Positions 49,550-58,833 of a stretch of DNA of 64,000 bases are shown here, piece by piece; position 1 is the stretch's first letter, and each line of letters begins with the position of its first letter. The DNA lies in the NCBI GenBank assembly GCA_040882355.1, contig JBBEBM010000035.1, positions 1 to 64,000 of the forward strand. Reading direction: 5' to 3'. Both the position numbers and the translations under genes were made by a program. Under the pieces are notes generated by a model, which was not told the origin of the DNA, did no database searches, and saw only the letters and a program-made list of their open reading frames with translations. The stretch is from Dehalococcoidia bacterium. Its GTDB lineage: Bacteria; Chloroflexota; Dehalococcoidia; DSTF01; RBG-16-68-14.

Positions 49550-51163
49550 CTACTTGCGCCGAAGCGCCAAGCCTGCGCCGCCTAGCACCGCGGCAGCAGC
49601 CAGCGCCGCGAGCAACACCGCGAGCATGTTCGCGGACGAGCTCGACGTTCCGTTCGCGCCAGTCTCGGGCAGGGCTGCCGGCGAGACGACAACTTCAAGC
49701 ACCTCTGTCACGCCTTCGCAGTCCGCGGCGATCTGGATCGTGCCCGGCGTGCTGCCCACAGCGAGCCCGACCGTCGCGACGCCGTCCGCGTCCGTCGTGC
49801 CAGTGTCGGACTCAAGCACCGCGTCGTCGCCGGGCTGGTCGATGATATCGAACGAGCAGGCCACATCGGCGCGCGGATTGCCCGCGTCGTCGGTCACGGT
49901 CACCGACACGTCCACCGTGTCACCTACCTCGGGTGAGTCATCGCTGACCGATACGTCCACGTTGGGGTTGCCGCCCGGCGGCTCCGTCGGCGTGGGCGAT
50001 GGCTCGGGGCCACCCGGCTCGAACTCGAATGCGCCTATGTCGCACAGCGCCTCGCCATCTTCGTCGCCGTCGACCGGACGGACGACACCGCGCTGGTCGG
50101 TCTGGGTGCAGGTCTTGTCATCCGCGGTGTCGATCGCGGGACTGCCAGCAAGCAGGGCCTGCGTCATCGTCGGCCCGCCGTTGTCGGCGAGCGCGGCGAG
50201 CATCGGGTCGGTGTCGGGCATGTCTGTGAAGCCGCAGGTGTCCGTGTCTTCCAGGTTGATGCCGGTGTCGAAGAGCTGGCCGTCGTCGTCGCAGTTGCCG
50301 CCCTGGTTATCGGCGACGATCGTGTTCGAGACGTGGAGCAGGCCGCACCCGTTGTTGATGATGCCGCCCGCGCCGTCGCTGGCCGAGTTGTTCGCAAGGG
50401 TGACGTGACTGAGGAAGGCCTCGCCGTCGTTGCGAATACCGCCGCCGGCGTCGGCGCTGTTACCGCTGATGGTGACGTTGTTGAACGAGACGTAACCGGT
50501 CACGCTCGTCGGCTCGGCCAGCGTCAGCGGGCACTGCGCGCCGGCGTAGTTAATGCCGCCGCCGCCGCTGTCGGTGCCGAGCGACTCGTTATTCGTGATC
50601 GCGCTGTCGATAAACGTGAGGTTGCCGTAGTTGACAAAGCCGCCGCCATCAAAGTCCGCAACGTTGTTGTCGAGTGTCACGCGCTGCACGTCGACGGTCG
50701 CGCCGTTGAAGACATCGAGCCCGGCGCCGACGTCATCCGCTCCATTCTGGATCGTCATGTCTTCCAGGCGAGCGCTCACTAGGCCCTTCGTCCCGATGCT
50801 GAACACCTCCTCTAGACCACCGCCATCGATGAAGGTGCTCTGGGCGCCCGCGCCGATGATGTACATGTCCGTGAAGACCGAAAAGCCTTCAGCTCCCACA
50901 GAGGAGTAGGTGCCGGCAGGCACGTTCACCGTGTCCGCGCCGTTACCCGCCGCGCAGGCGTCGATGGCGACGTCGCTGTTGGCGGCGTTGATCGCCTCCT
51001 CGAGCGAGCAGTCGCCGTCGGTGTTGTACTCATCGTCGGTGGTGTTGACGTTGATCGTCGCTCCCCCCGCCTCAGCGCGACGGACCGGCGTCGCCAGAGA
51101 GCCGAGAATCGCAACCGTTACTACGAGGGCCGCCAGCGCCCATTTGAGAGGCATGTAGGACAT
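49550..51163 (-). CDS. CSLREA-type / beta-helix / choice-of-anchor Q / Ig protein, LPETG (member 4)
   Basis: [20 protein letters not shown] segment and RRK tail. Confidence 0.88.
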   Translation of the reverse strand: MSYMPLKWALAALVVTVAILGSLATPVRRAEAGGATINVNTTDDEYNTDGDCSLEEAINAANSDVAIDACAAGNGADTVNVPAGTYSSVGAEGFSVFTDMYIIGAGAQSTFIDGGGLEEVFSIGTKGLVSARLEDMTIQNGADDVGAGLDVFNGATVDVQRVTLDNNVADFDGGGFVNYGNLTFIDSAITNNESLGTDSGGGGINYAGAQCPLTLAEPTSVTGYVSFNNVTISGNSADAGGGIRNDGEAFLSHVTLANNSASDGAGGIINNGCGLLHVSNTIVADNQGGNCDDDGQLFDTGINLEDTDTCGFTDMPDTDPMLAALADNGGPTMTQALLAGSPAIDTADDKTCTQTDQRGVVRPVDGDEDGEALCDIGAFEFEPGGPEPSPTPTEPPGGNPNVDVSVSDDSPEVGDTVDVSVTVTDDAGNPRADVACSFDIIDQPGDDAVLESDTGTTDADGVATVGLAVGSTPGTIQIAADCEGVTEVLEVVVSPAALPETGANGTSSSSANMLAVLLAALAAAAVLGGAGLALRRK

Positions 51164-51347
51164 CCTATTCCTCCTGCTTAACCCCACCCAGGACGCTGCA
51201 TTCTGGCACGAGGGCCGCTATGGACCAACGCGGGCGCAGCACCAGCTTCGGAAGTAGCGGAAAGGGATGGACTTACATTCGGAACGAGTGGGTCCTGGCT
51301 GGCAAGAAAGACCGGCGCCGCCTCCGCACCGTTACCGCCCCGAGCGG

Positions 51348-52832
51348 CTAGCTTTTCCGGCGCCTCTGCACGCCCAGGGCGATACCACAAGCGCCGGCTG
51401 CCGCGAGCGCCATCACCGCCACGGGCACACGCCAGCTTCCACTACCACCTTCACTGCCAGTCACGGGAAGGCCGGTGGCGTCGACCGTCGCCGAGGGGCC
51501 GTTGGTCGGCTCGGGCGTGCCGGGAGCTGTCGGCGTGGGCGTCGTGGCTGACGGCGTCGTCGCGGTGCCGCTGGGCGTGGCGGTAACACCCACGCCAAGC
51601 GGATCGCTCTCGAACGCGCCGATGTCGCACCGCGCTTCGCCGTCGTTGTCGCCGTCGATCGGCCGCAGGAGGCTCCGCTGGTCTCCGGTCGGTGGCGGGC
51701 AATCGTCCGCCGCGCCGTCGACGGCGGGACTTCCTTCTAGAAGTGCGTGCGTCTGCGTGATGCCGTTGTTCGCGGCGAGCGGCGCAAGCGTCATCGCTCC
51801 CTGAACAACGTCACCCGCCGCATCGAAGCCGCAGAGCGTTGCCTCGTCGAGTGTCGGCCCTTCCTCCAGGTTGTGCCCCAGCGATGTGATGCCATCATCG
51901 CCCAGGCAGTTGACGCCCGTGTTTCCGGAGATGATGGTGTTCTTCACCGTCGCGGAACCGCCCGACTGCGCGTCGACGAACAGTCCGCCCGCGCCCGCCG
52001 TGGCCCCCTCCGACGCCTCGTTGCTCGCGATGCTCACGTTCGTCAATGTGAGGATATCGCAGCCTTCGTAGATGCCGCCGCCCTGTACGTCAGCGGTGTT
52101 GCCGCTGACCGTGTCGTTCATAAGTGTGGCCGTGCCGCAGTTGTACAACCCGCCGCCGGAGATGCCTGCGGTGTTGCCGCTCAGGGTACTGTTCTCGATC
52201 GAGGCGCTGCCCGTGTTTGCGATACCGCCGCCCAGGGAGCCGCTGTTTCCGGTGACGGTGGTGGTCACCATAGTGAGGAAAGCATCGCTTGCGATGCCAC
52301 CGCCCGCTGCACTGGCGGTGTTACCGCTGATCACGACATTCTCCACGCTCAGCGGAGAGGCGGCCCTGATGCCGGCGCCAGCGCCGCTGATCGCGCCGCC
52401 CTGGATGCCGATGCCGATCACCTGCACGCTACCGGAATGCACGTCGAGCACCCGGTCGATGCCGTTGGCGTTGATCACCGCGCCACCATTGCCGGGCCCG
52501 ATGAACTGCGCGTCGCTCATGACGTCCAGGTCGCCCGTCAGGTTGCCGTCCTCGCCCGTCCCGGCGATGCTCAGCGTGTACGTGCCCTCCAGCAGTACGA
52601 TGACGTCCGGGTCACCGCTCGCAACGCCGGCGGAGCAGAAGTCGTACGACAGATTGGTGTTCGCCGCGCGAATCGCCTCGCGCAGTGAGCAGTCGCCGTC
52701 GATCGCCATCTCGTCATCCGTAGTCAGCACCAGGATCGCGTCGTGCGCGCGCGCTGGCGATGACTCGACAGCAACGCTCCCCAGCACAACAGCAGCGAGC
52801 GCTGCGAGCCACACCAAGACCTTCGTCCACAT
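51348..52832 (-). CDS. CSLREA / beta-helix / choice-of-anchor Q protein, LPVTG (member 5)
   Basis: [13 protein letters not shown]; Pro/Thr linker; LPVTG, TM segment and RRRKS tail. Confidence 0.88.
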   Translation of the reverse strand: MWTKVLVWLAALAAVVLGSVAVESSPARAHDAILVLTTDDEMAIDGDCSLREAIRAANTNLSYDFCSAGVASGDPDVIVLLEGTYTLSIAGTGEDGNLTGDLDVMSDAQFIGPGNGGAVINANGIDRVLDVHSGSVQVIGIGIQGGAISGAGAGIRAASPLSVENVVISGNTASAAGGGIASDAFLTMVTTTVTGNSGSLGGGIANTGSASIENSTLSGNTAGISGGGLYNCGTATLMNDTVSGNTADVQGGGIYEGCDILTLTNVSIASNEASEGATAGAGGLFVDAQSGGSATVKNTIISGNTGVNCLGDDGITSLGHNLEEGPTLDEATLCGFDAAGDVVQGAMTLAPLAANNGITQTHALLEGSPAVDGAADDCPPPTGDQRSLLRPIDGDNDGEARCDIGAFESDPLGVGVTATPSGTATTPSATTPTPTAPGTPEPTNGPSATVDATGLPVTGSEGGSGSWRVPVAVMALAAAGACGIALGVQRRRKS

Positions 52833-52838
52833 CGCTTC

Positions 52839-53579
52839 TTACCCTGTTCCCTTCGTGATCACCAAAGGCGCCCACTCGCCGACGATGCCCTGGCCATGGA
52901 GCGACGCACTCTTGCCTTCGCGAATGTCCTTTTCGGTCATCAGGCCGAGCGCGCACACGAAGCCGTCCATCTTCACCGGGACGTCGGTCTCGCGGTTCAC
53001 GAGCTCGTCCTCGACGTACCACGAGAGCGTGTCTTCCGACTTCGAGTACGTGATGCGGTAGCGGTGCGGCTGCTGCGGCCCTTTGGGCAGGGGCAGCTCT
53101 TTGAAGATCGCGAACGCCCTCGGCTTGCTCGACCCCGCAGCCTCCTCGAGCGACACGCCCGGGAACGGCAGCCGCGCGTACACCGTGGCGTACTTCTCGT
53201 TACAGACGAAGAAATCGATCGCGAGGCCGGTGCTGAAGTCGAGCAGGTTGATCGAGACGAAGCCGTCGTACAGGTCGTCCGGCACGCCGCCGCTGATGCG
53301 CGCTGTGATCTCGGTCTCGACGCTGATCTCGCCTTCGTCGGGCGCCTCGAACCGCTCGCGCGAGAAATACATGTGCTTCGCGTTGTCCAGGATCTGAACG
53401 CTGTCGTGCGAGCGCGTCAGCGGCGCAGCCGCCACGCGCAGGCGGCCGTTTTGCACCAGCAGCAGCGCGTTCGGTTCGCGATACTCCCAGAAGCCGTCGG
53501 GCGTCGGGAATCCGGCCTGCGCCCACTTGCTGTCGGGCTTCAGGATGTCGGCGAAGTCTCCGTAGACGGTGCGTTCCAC
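52839..53579 (-). CDS. conserved hypothetical protein (DUF6081-like)
   Basis: WEYREP, QILDNAKHMYFS and SLHGQG motifs; family name from recall. Confidence 0.7.
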   Translation of the reverse strand: MERTVYGDFADILKPDSKWAQAGFPTPDGFWEYREPNALLLVQNGRLRVAAAPLTRSHDSVQILDNAKHMYFSRERFEAPDEGEISVETEITARISGGVPDDLYDGFVSINLLDFSTGLAIDFFVCNEKYATVYARLPFPGVSLEEAAGSSKPRAFAIFKELPLPKGPQQPHRYRITYSKSEDTLSWYVEDELVNRETDVPVKMDGFVCALGLMTEKDIREGKSASLHGQGIVGEWAPLVITKGTG

Positions 53580-53586
53580 GATGCGT

Positions 53587-53925
53587 CTAGGGTCTGACTT
53601 CTGCGTCCGGCGCCTCGGCCATCAGCCGCTCGACGAACACGTCCATCACGCCGCCGCAGATCTTGTCCTCGCCCTCCACGTCCTCGGTGAGATCCACCGT
53701 CACAAGGCGAGGCTCGCCGTCGCGCATGGTGTCCATCGCGGCCTGCCAGACCTCCGCCTCGCCGCAGCCGCCTCCGATGGTGCCGCAGAACGAACCGTCC
53801 TGGCGCACGACCATCTTCGCGCCCGGGCTGCGCGGCGTCGAACCGCGGCTGGCAGCCACGGTAGCCACCACAAGGCGCGCGCCGTCATCCAGCGCGCGTG
53901 CCATCTCATCGTAAACCTCGCTCAC
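53587..53925 (-). CDS. XdhC/CoxI N-terminal domain protein
   Basis: GSTPR.PGAKM, GTIGGGCGE and ICGG motifs. Confidence 0.88.
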   Translation of the reverse strand: MSEVYDEMARALDDGARLVVATVAASRGSTPRSPGAKMVVRQDGSFCGTIGGGCGEAEVWQAAMDTMRDGEPRLVTVDLTEDVEGEDKICGGVMDVFVERLMAEAPDAEVRP

Positions 53926-53929
53926 CAGG

Positions 53930-55156
53930 CTAGGATACTTCGGCTGCGACCGCCGTCACAAGTGGCGCCTCGACCCTGCCGCTCCGCTCGTAGGCGAACG
54001 CACTCTTCAGCTTCAAGAAGTGCTTCTCGCAGAGATGATAGCTCGCCCAGGCAAACGCCAGCGAGATCGCCCCCGCCGTCAGGGCAAACACGAAGCTCGC
54101 CAGCAGCGTTGAGCCGAACACCGAAGGAACCTCATCGGCCACATGAAAGTGCTTGGCCAGGATCGTCGCAACAGGGAGGTGCACCAGGTAGAGCGCGTAG
54201 CTGTACTTACCGAGCGATCTCAGCGGCCCGATGGTGAGCGCTCTATGCGCGAACGATCCGGGTTCTGCCGTGATCGCCGCGAGCAGGAACACGCCAAAGA
54301 GCAGCGCCACCGAGCTCAAGCCGGCGCCCTGCACCCACGAATCGTAGGGCGACAAGTATTCCCGGGACACGGCTAGGATAATGAGGATGGCTACCGTGAC
54401 GGCCGCCAGCGGCCACAACCAGAAGAGCCACGTCCGCAGGTCCCACGATGAACGCGCGGCAATCGCAATGAAGCCGCCGACAGCAAGCGCGTCCATTCGC
54501 GCCGGCGTGAGCATGTAGCCCCACGTCGGGTCTACACCCTGCTGCGCCAGCACGATGCGAATGAGTGGCGCACCAACGATGAAGCCCACGCACACAGCCA
54601 GCAGGCTCCGCTTGTCGAGCAGCAGCACGAGCGCGGGCCAGACTATGTAGAACTGCTCTTCCACCGCCAACGACCACAGATGACCCACGTACGATATCTC
54701 CACCCCCGACTGGTGCTCAGCCGCGATCCGCACGTTGGCGAGATAGACGGCATACCACGCGCCGTCGCCCCACAACGCATCGCGGGTCTGGTATCCAATC
54801 AAGCCGATGACCGGCAACGCGATCCACACCGCGCCCAGGAACAAGTAGTACGCCGGGAAGATTCGCAGCACACGGCGCGTGTAGAAGTTGCGGAAGTAGC
54901 TCTGCCCCGCGCCCTTCGCGTCCAGCAAGATGCCAGTAATCAAAAAGCCTGAGAGCACAAAGAAGAGGTCGACGCCCGTCCAGCCGGCGATGGTGGCCTT
55001 GAACACAAACTCATCGATCCAGAGCTTGGGGCCGACGGGCGCAGCCAGCCAGAAATGAAAGACGAGCACCATCAAGATGGCGATGCCGCGCACGCCATCC
55101 AGTGCCCCGACGCGCTCGGGCTCCTCCACGCGTTCGACCGGAGACCCACCACGCAT
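53930..55156 (-). CDS. acyltransferase family 3 (OafA-like)
   Basis: LDGVRGIA, GVDLFFVLSGFLIT, HLWSLAVEEQFY and SYALYLVH motifs; start codon uncertain. Confidence 0.9.
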   Translation of the reverse strand: MRGGSPVERVEEPERVGALDGVRGIAILMVLVFHFWLAAPVGPKLWIDEFVFKATIAGWTGVDLFFVLSGFLITGILLDAKGAGQSYFRNFYTRRVLRIFPAYYLFLGAVWIALPVIGLIGYQTRDALWGDGAWYAVYLANVRIAAEHQSGVEISYVGHLWSLAVEEQFYIVWPALVLLLDKRSLLAVCVGFIVGAPLIRIVLAQQGVDPTWGYMLTPARMDALAVGGFIAIAARSSWDLRTWLFWLWPLAAVTVAILIILAVSREYLSPYDSWVQGAGLSSVALLFGVFLLAAITAEPGSFAHRALTIGPLRSLGKYSYALYLVHLPVATILAKHFHVADEVPSVFGSTLLASFVFALTAGAISLAFAWASYHLCEKHFLKLKSAFAYERSGRVEAPLVTAVAAEVS

Positions 55157-55347
55157 CGCCACCCCGTCTGCTTGCGCCCCCCGCTGGTCGATACCGCTAG
55201 CCACCTTCACGTACCCGCAGACCCATAGCGTTAAGTGGGCGGAGTATACCCGAACGGCTTCGAACGGGTCAACGCCCCTTCCTGCCTGATCAAACACAAT
55301 CGGGCCATGGAAGTTACCGCCCGCCCGCGGCGGCTGTCACACAACGT

Positions 55348-55381
55348 TAACCTTGACGTAGACGTAAGTTATCGCTACCAT
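55348..55381 (+). promoter_or_regulatory. promoter with overlapping palindromic operator for the MerR-family gene
   Basis: TTGACG, 17-nt spacer, TACCAT; imperfect palindrome TAACCTTGACGT-AG-ACGTAAGTTA. Confidence 0.65.
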
Positions 55382-55390
55382 TAGTCCGAC

Positions 55391-55900
55391 ATGCCCCCCA
55401 AGCGACAGGCCGCCGCCGCCTCAGACGAGGCGTACCTGCAGATCGGTGAGGTCGCCGAGCGCACGAGCGTCACGCAGCGCACCCTGCGCTTCTATGAAGA
55501 AAAGGGCCTCTTGAAGCCGCCCAGCCGCATGGACGGCGGCTTCCGTCTCTATTCGGAGTCGGACGTCCAGCGCGTCGAGCGGATCAAGCGACTGCAGAGC
55601 CTGCTCGGCTTCACCCTTGCCGAAATCAAGGACATGGTTGACGCCGAGGAAGTCAAAATGCAACTCCGGGCGCAGTACCGTCCCGAGGCCGCCCTCTCTC
55701 AGAAGAAGGTGCAGGTCCTCAAAGCCATCGAGGTGACGGAGCGCCAGCACGATCTCATCCGGCAGAAGGTCGCCGCGCTTACCGACATGCAGTTCAAGCT
55801 GGAAGAGCGCCTCGCTACCTTCCGCTCCTGGCTCGACCAGATCGACGAGCAGCTCAAGGCGGAAGCGAAGGCGAAGTCCAAGCCCAAGATCAAAGTCTAG
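55391..55900 (+). CDS. MerR family transcriptional regulator
   Basis: IGEVAE..TLRFYEEKGLL.P.R...FRLY motif. Confidence 0.92.
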   Translation: MPPKRQAAAASDEAYLQIGEVAERTSVTQRTLRFYEEKGLLKPPSRMDGGFRLYSESDVQRVERIKRLQSLLGFTLAEIKDMVDAEEVKMQLRAQYRPEAALSQKKVQVLKAIEVTERQHDLIRQKVAALTDMQFKLEERLATFRSWLDQIDEQLKAEAKAKSKPKIKV

Positions 55901-55974
55901 GCCAACGCAGGCACAGCGTAACGAAAGCGCCCTCAACGATGAGGGCGTCTCTGTTCTCGCCGCGGTTCGCGAAC

Positions 55975-56313
55975 CTAGTGCTGCGCTTCCTCCTGCGCCG
56001 GCGGAGCGGGCTTCACCCAGCCCATCACCATGCGCACCAGCAGCCCAACGAGCCCGACCGCCATCGCGATGCCAGCCGCCGCGATCGTCCACACCTGTAC
56101 TTCCACTCGATCGTCCGATTTCGCAGCACTGTCCGCCGCGCCTTGCTCGCCCTCGTCCTGCGCATCAACGGGTATCGGCTGCCACGCCTGCGCCACGTGT
56201 GTTCGCGCGGTCGACGCCTGAACGCTCATCGTGCTCACACCAGCAACCGCTACCCAGATGGACAGCGCTAGCACGAGCACGATCGCGGGCAGTAACCGGC
56301 GGCTGGCAGTCAT
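55975..56313 (-). CDS. small hypothetical membrane protein
   Basis: Signal-like N-terminus and a C-terminal TM segment. Confidence 0.6.
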   Translation of the reverse strand: MTASRRLLPAIVLVLALSIWVAVAGVSTMSVQASTARTHVAQAWQPIPVDAQDEGEQGAADSAAKSDDRVEVQVWTIAAAGIAMAVGLVGLLVRMVMGWVKPAPPAQEEAQH

Positions 56314-56328
56314 GCTACGGCTGGCATC

Positions 56329-57210
56329 CTACCACGCGCCTCGCGCCTGGTCTACACCGCCGGGCTCGTCGTTCGAGAGCCGGGCTACCAGCGCATCCAG
56401 CTCTTCGTCTGAGTAGAAGTGCAGCACCAGGCGCCCTCGTCCGCGAGCCGAGCGGCGCAGCTCAACCTTGGTGCCAAGCGCCGCCCGCAGTCTTCCCTCC
56501 AGGGCCGCGTTGTCAGGATCGGGTAACCGAGAGGCTCGCCGAGGCGCTCGACCGGCGCCGCCCGGCCGCCGCGCGATCTCCTCGGCTCCCCGGACGGTCA
56601 TCCCTCTGCTCACCACTTCGCGCCATGCCTTCCCTCGCGACTCCTCGTCATCGATCCCCAGCAGCGCGCGTGCGTGGCCCTCGGATATCTCGCCTGACGC
56701 CAGGCTCGCCTTCATCTCATCGCTCAGGCCGAGCAAGCGGACCGTATTCGCAACCGCCGTCCTGCTCTTCCCGACCCGTCCCGCGATCTCCTCCTGTGTG
56801 AGCCCGAACTCGTCCGCCAGGCGGCGGTACGCCTGCGCCTCTTCCAACGGGCTCAGGTCCTCCCGCTGGAGGTTCTCCACCAACGCCAGCTCCAACAGCT
56901 CCCGGCTCGCCGCTTCCTTTACTACGACCGGCACGCGTCGCAGCCCTGCCAACCGCGCGGCGCGCAAGCGTCGCTCGCCCGCGATGAGCTGATACACGCC
57001 ATCGACCTCGCTGAAGCTCACCAACAGGGGCTGAATCACTCCATGCGCGCGAATGCTCTCCGCCAGCTCCTGAATCGACTCATCGCTCATTGTCACGCGG
57101 GGTTGATGCGGATTCGGCGTTACCAGATCGACATCCACTTCGTCGACCGCGCCCGCGCCCGCAGGAATGAGCGCTCCGAGTCCGCGGCCGAGTCCGCGGG
57201 TGCGCGTCAT
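56329..57210 (-). CDS. parB: chromosome partitioning protein ParB
   Basis: GLGRGLGALI, IAGERR and ENLQREDL motifs; ATG 57210 overlaps the parA stop. Confidence 0.95.
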   Translation of the reverse strand: MTRTRGLGRGLGALIPAGAGAVDEVDVDLVTPNPHQPRVTMSDESIQELAESIRAHGVIQPLLVSFSEVDGVYQLIAGERRLRAARLAGLRRVPVVVKEAASRELLELALVENLQREDLSPLEEAQAYRRLADEFGLTQEEIAGRVGKSRTAVANTVRLLGLSDEMKASLASGEISEGHARALLGIDDEESRGKAWREVVSRGMTVRGAEEIARRPGGAGRAPRRASRLPDPDNAALEGRLRAALGTKVELRRSARGRGRLVLHFYSDEELDALVARLSNDEPGGVDQARGAW

Positions 57211-57986
57211 GGCCTCACCTCCAGGTATCCATTCGTTCCGACGAGCACTTCGTTTGCCAGGGCATCGTACGCCAGCGCCGCGGGCGACCGCGGGTCGTAG
57301 GCGTTTATCGGCAAACCATGGCTCGGCGCCTCGCTCAACCTCACGCTGCGCGGGATCACCGCAGCGAACGTGTTCGGGAAGTGGCGCCGCACCTCCTGCG
57401 CGACCTGCTGCGAAAGGCTGGTCCGCCGGTCGTACATCGTCAGCAGCAGGCCCCGCAACTGAAGCCGTGGATTCAGCCGCCGCCGCACCAGGTCCAGCGT
57501 CTGTGTAAGCTGGCCCAGACCCTCCAGGGCCAGGTACTCGCATTGCACCGGCACGATTACTTCTCGCGCCGCCGTCAGGCCGTTGATGGTCAGTAGCCCT
57601 ACTGAGGGCGGGCAATCGATAAGGACAAACGCATACTCTGCAATAGGGCCCTCCAGCGCGTTCCTGAGTTGATATTCTCGCGCGATCATCGGCGCAAGCT
57701 CAATCTCAGCTCCCGCCAGGTCTGCCGTCGAAGGCACGATCGACAGCCCCTCGAACGCCGTCGGCAGCACAACATCGGCCAGCGGCGCCTCCTTCAGCAG
57801 GAGCTGGTACGTGCTCGCCCCAGCCGGCGCGCGCAAGCCCAGCCCTGCCGTGGCGTTCGCCTGCGGGTCCAGGTCCACGATCAGCACGCGTTGGTCGTGC
57901 GCCGCCAGCGCGGCGCCCAGGCTGATCGCCGTCGTCGTTTTGCCCACGCCGCCTTTCTGGTTCGCCAGCGCGATCACCTTGGTCAT
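57207..57986 (-). CDS. parA: chromosome partitioning ATPase ParA/Soj
   Basis: NQKGGVGKTT, DLDPQAN and IDCPP motifs. Confidence 0.95.
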   Translation of the reverse strand: MTKVIALANQKGGVGKTTTAISLGAALAAHDQRVLIVDLDPQANATAGLGLRAPAGASTYQLLLKEAPLADVVLPTAFEGLSIVPSTADLAGAEIELAPMIAREYQLRNALEGPIAEYAFVLIDCPPSVGLLTINGLTAAREVIVPVQCEYLALEGLGQLTQTLDLVRRRLNPRLQLRGLLLTMYDRRTSLSQQVAQEVRRHFPNTFAAVIPRSVRLSEAPSHGLPINAYDPRSPAALAYDALANEVLVGTNGYLEVRP

Positions 57987-58828
57987 CGTAGCCTGATCTC
58001 CGGATGCCGGCCCAGACGCGTCTGGACCTCATCGCGCGTCGCGACGCGGTCCAGCCCAACGCCCTCCACCGAACACGCGGACGCCGCGGACCCGAAACGC
58101 GTCGCTTCCGCCGCATCCTTCGTCTCGTGATAGCGGACCAGAAAAGCCGCGGCGAAGACGTCGCCCGCCCCGGTCGGGTCGACCTCGTTCGCGGGAAACG
58201 CCTCGATGCGGCGCCAGCCCTTCGCGTCGCGCACCTTCGCACCGCGCCGCGCCCGCGTCACCGCCACAATCGGCACGTCGGCCTCCCACGCCGCGAGCTG
58301 GTCCGGCCGCCGGCCCAGGTCTTCATCAGACACGAACAGCACCTCGCAGCCCTTCCAGAACGGGGCTCCCGTCCACGCATGCCGCCGGACTCGCCGAGCC
58401 CGGTCAACCCTGCGCAGCCATCCTTGCGCGGAGACGCCCGTCAGCGCGCTCCCCAGGTCTGCGCCCAGTTCGGCCGGAACCTCCCCGCACACCGGACCGA
58501 CCAGCACGACCGGCGCATTCCGCCACGCGTCCGGCACATCCTCGATCGCCAGCTCACCCGCTTGCGCGGGCACTCGCTGCCGGCGGCGGCCCGCCTCATA
58601 CTCGTTCGCGAAGCGCGTTGTCACCTCCGATGGCCGGCCCGCGAGCGCTACCCCTGGGAGCGCTTCGTGTAGATTCACGTCTGTTCCTGCCCTGGACACG
58701 ATCCCCACCTGCAAGCCCAGTCGTTGCGCCTGCACAGCCGCGAACGCCGCCGTGCCACCCAGCCGCCACCCCCCATTCATCACGTCGAGCACGATGTGCC
58801 CGATCACCACGAACTCCGGCGTCCCCAT
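57983..58828 (-). CDS. PfkB family carbohydrate kinase
   Basis: GG N-terminal motif and VDPTGAGDVFAA. Confidence 0.88.
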   Translation of the reverse strand: MGTPEFVVIGHIVLDVMNGGWRLGGTAAFAAVQAQRLGLQVGIVSRAGTDVNLHEALPGVALAGRPSEVTTRFANEYEAGRRRQRVPAQAGELAIEDVPDAWRNAPVVLVGPVCGEVPAELGADLGSALTGVSAQGWLRRVDRARRVRRHAWTGAPFWKGCEVLFVSDEDLGRRPDQLAAWEADVPIVAVTRARRGAKVRDAKGWRRIEAFPANEVDPTGAGDVFAAAFLVRYHETKDAAEATRFGSAASACSVEGVGLDRVATRDEVQTRLGRHPEIRLR

Positions 58829-58833
58829 GACGC

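Noticed and set aside
44202..52832. Shufflon or DGR acting on the surface array
   Set aside because: All genes are co-oriented and complete. No invertase, reverse transcriptase or adenine-specific TR/VR pair was seen.
57211..57615. N-terminal extension of ParB in the ORF track
   Set aside because: Overlaps parA; the real start is ATG 57210 with SD GGAGGTG.
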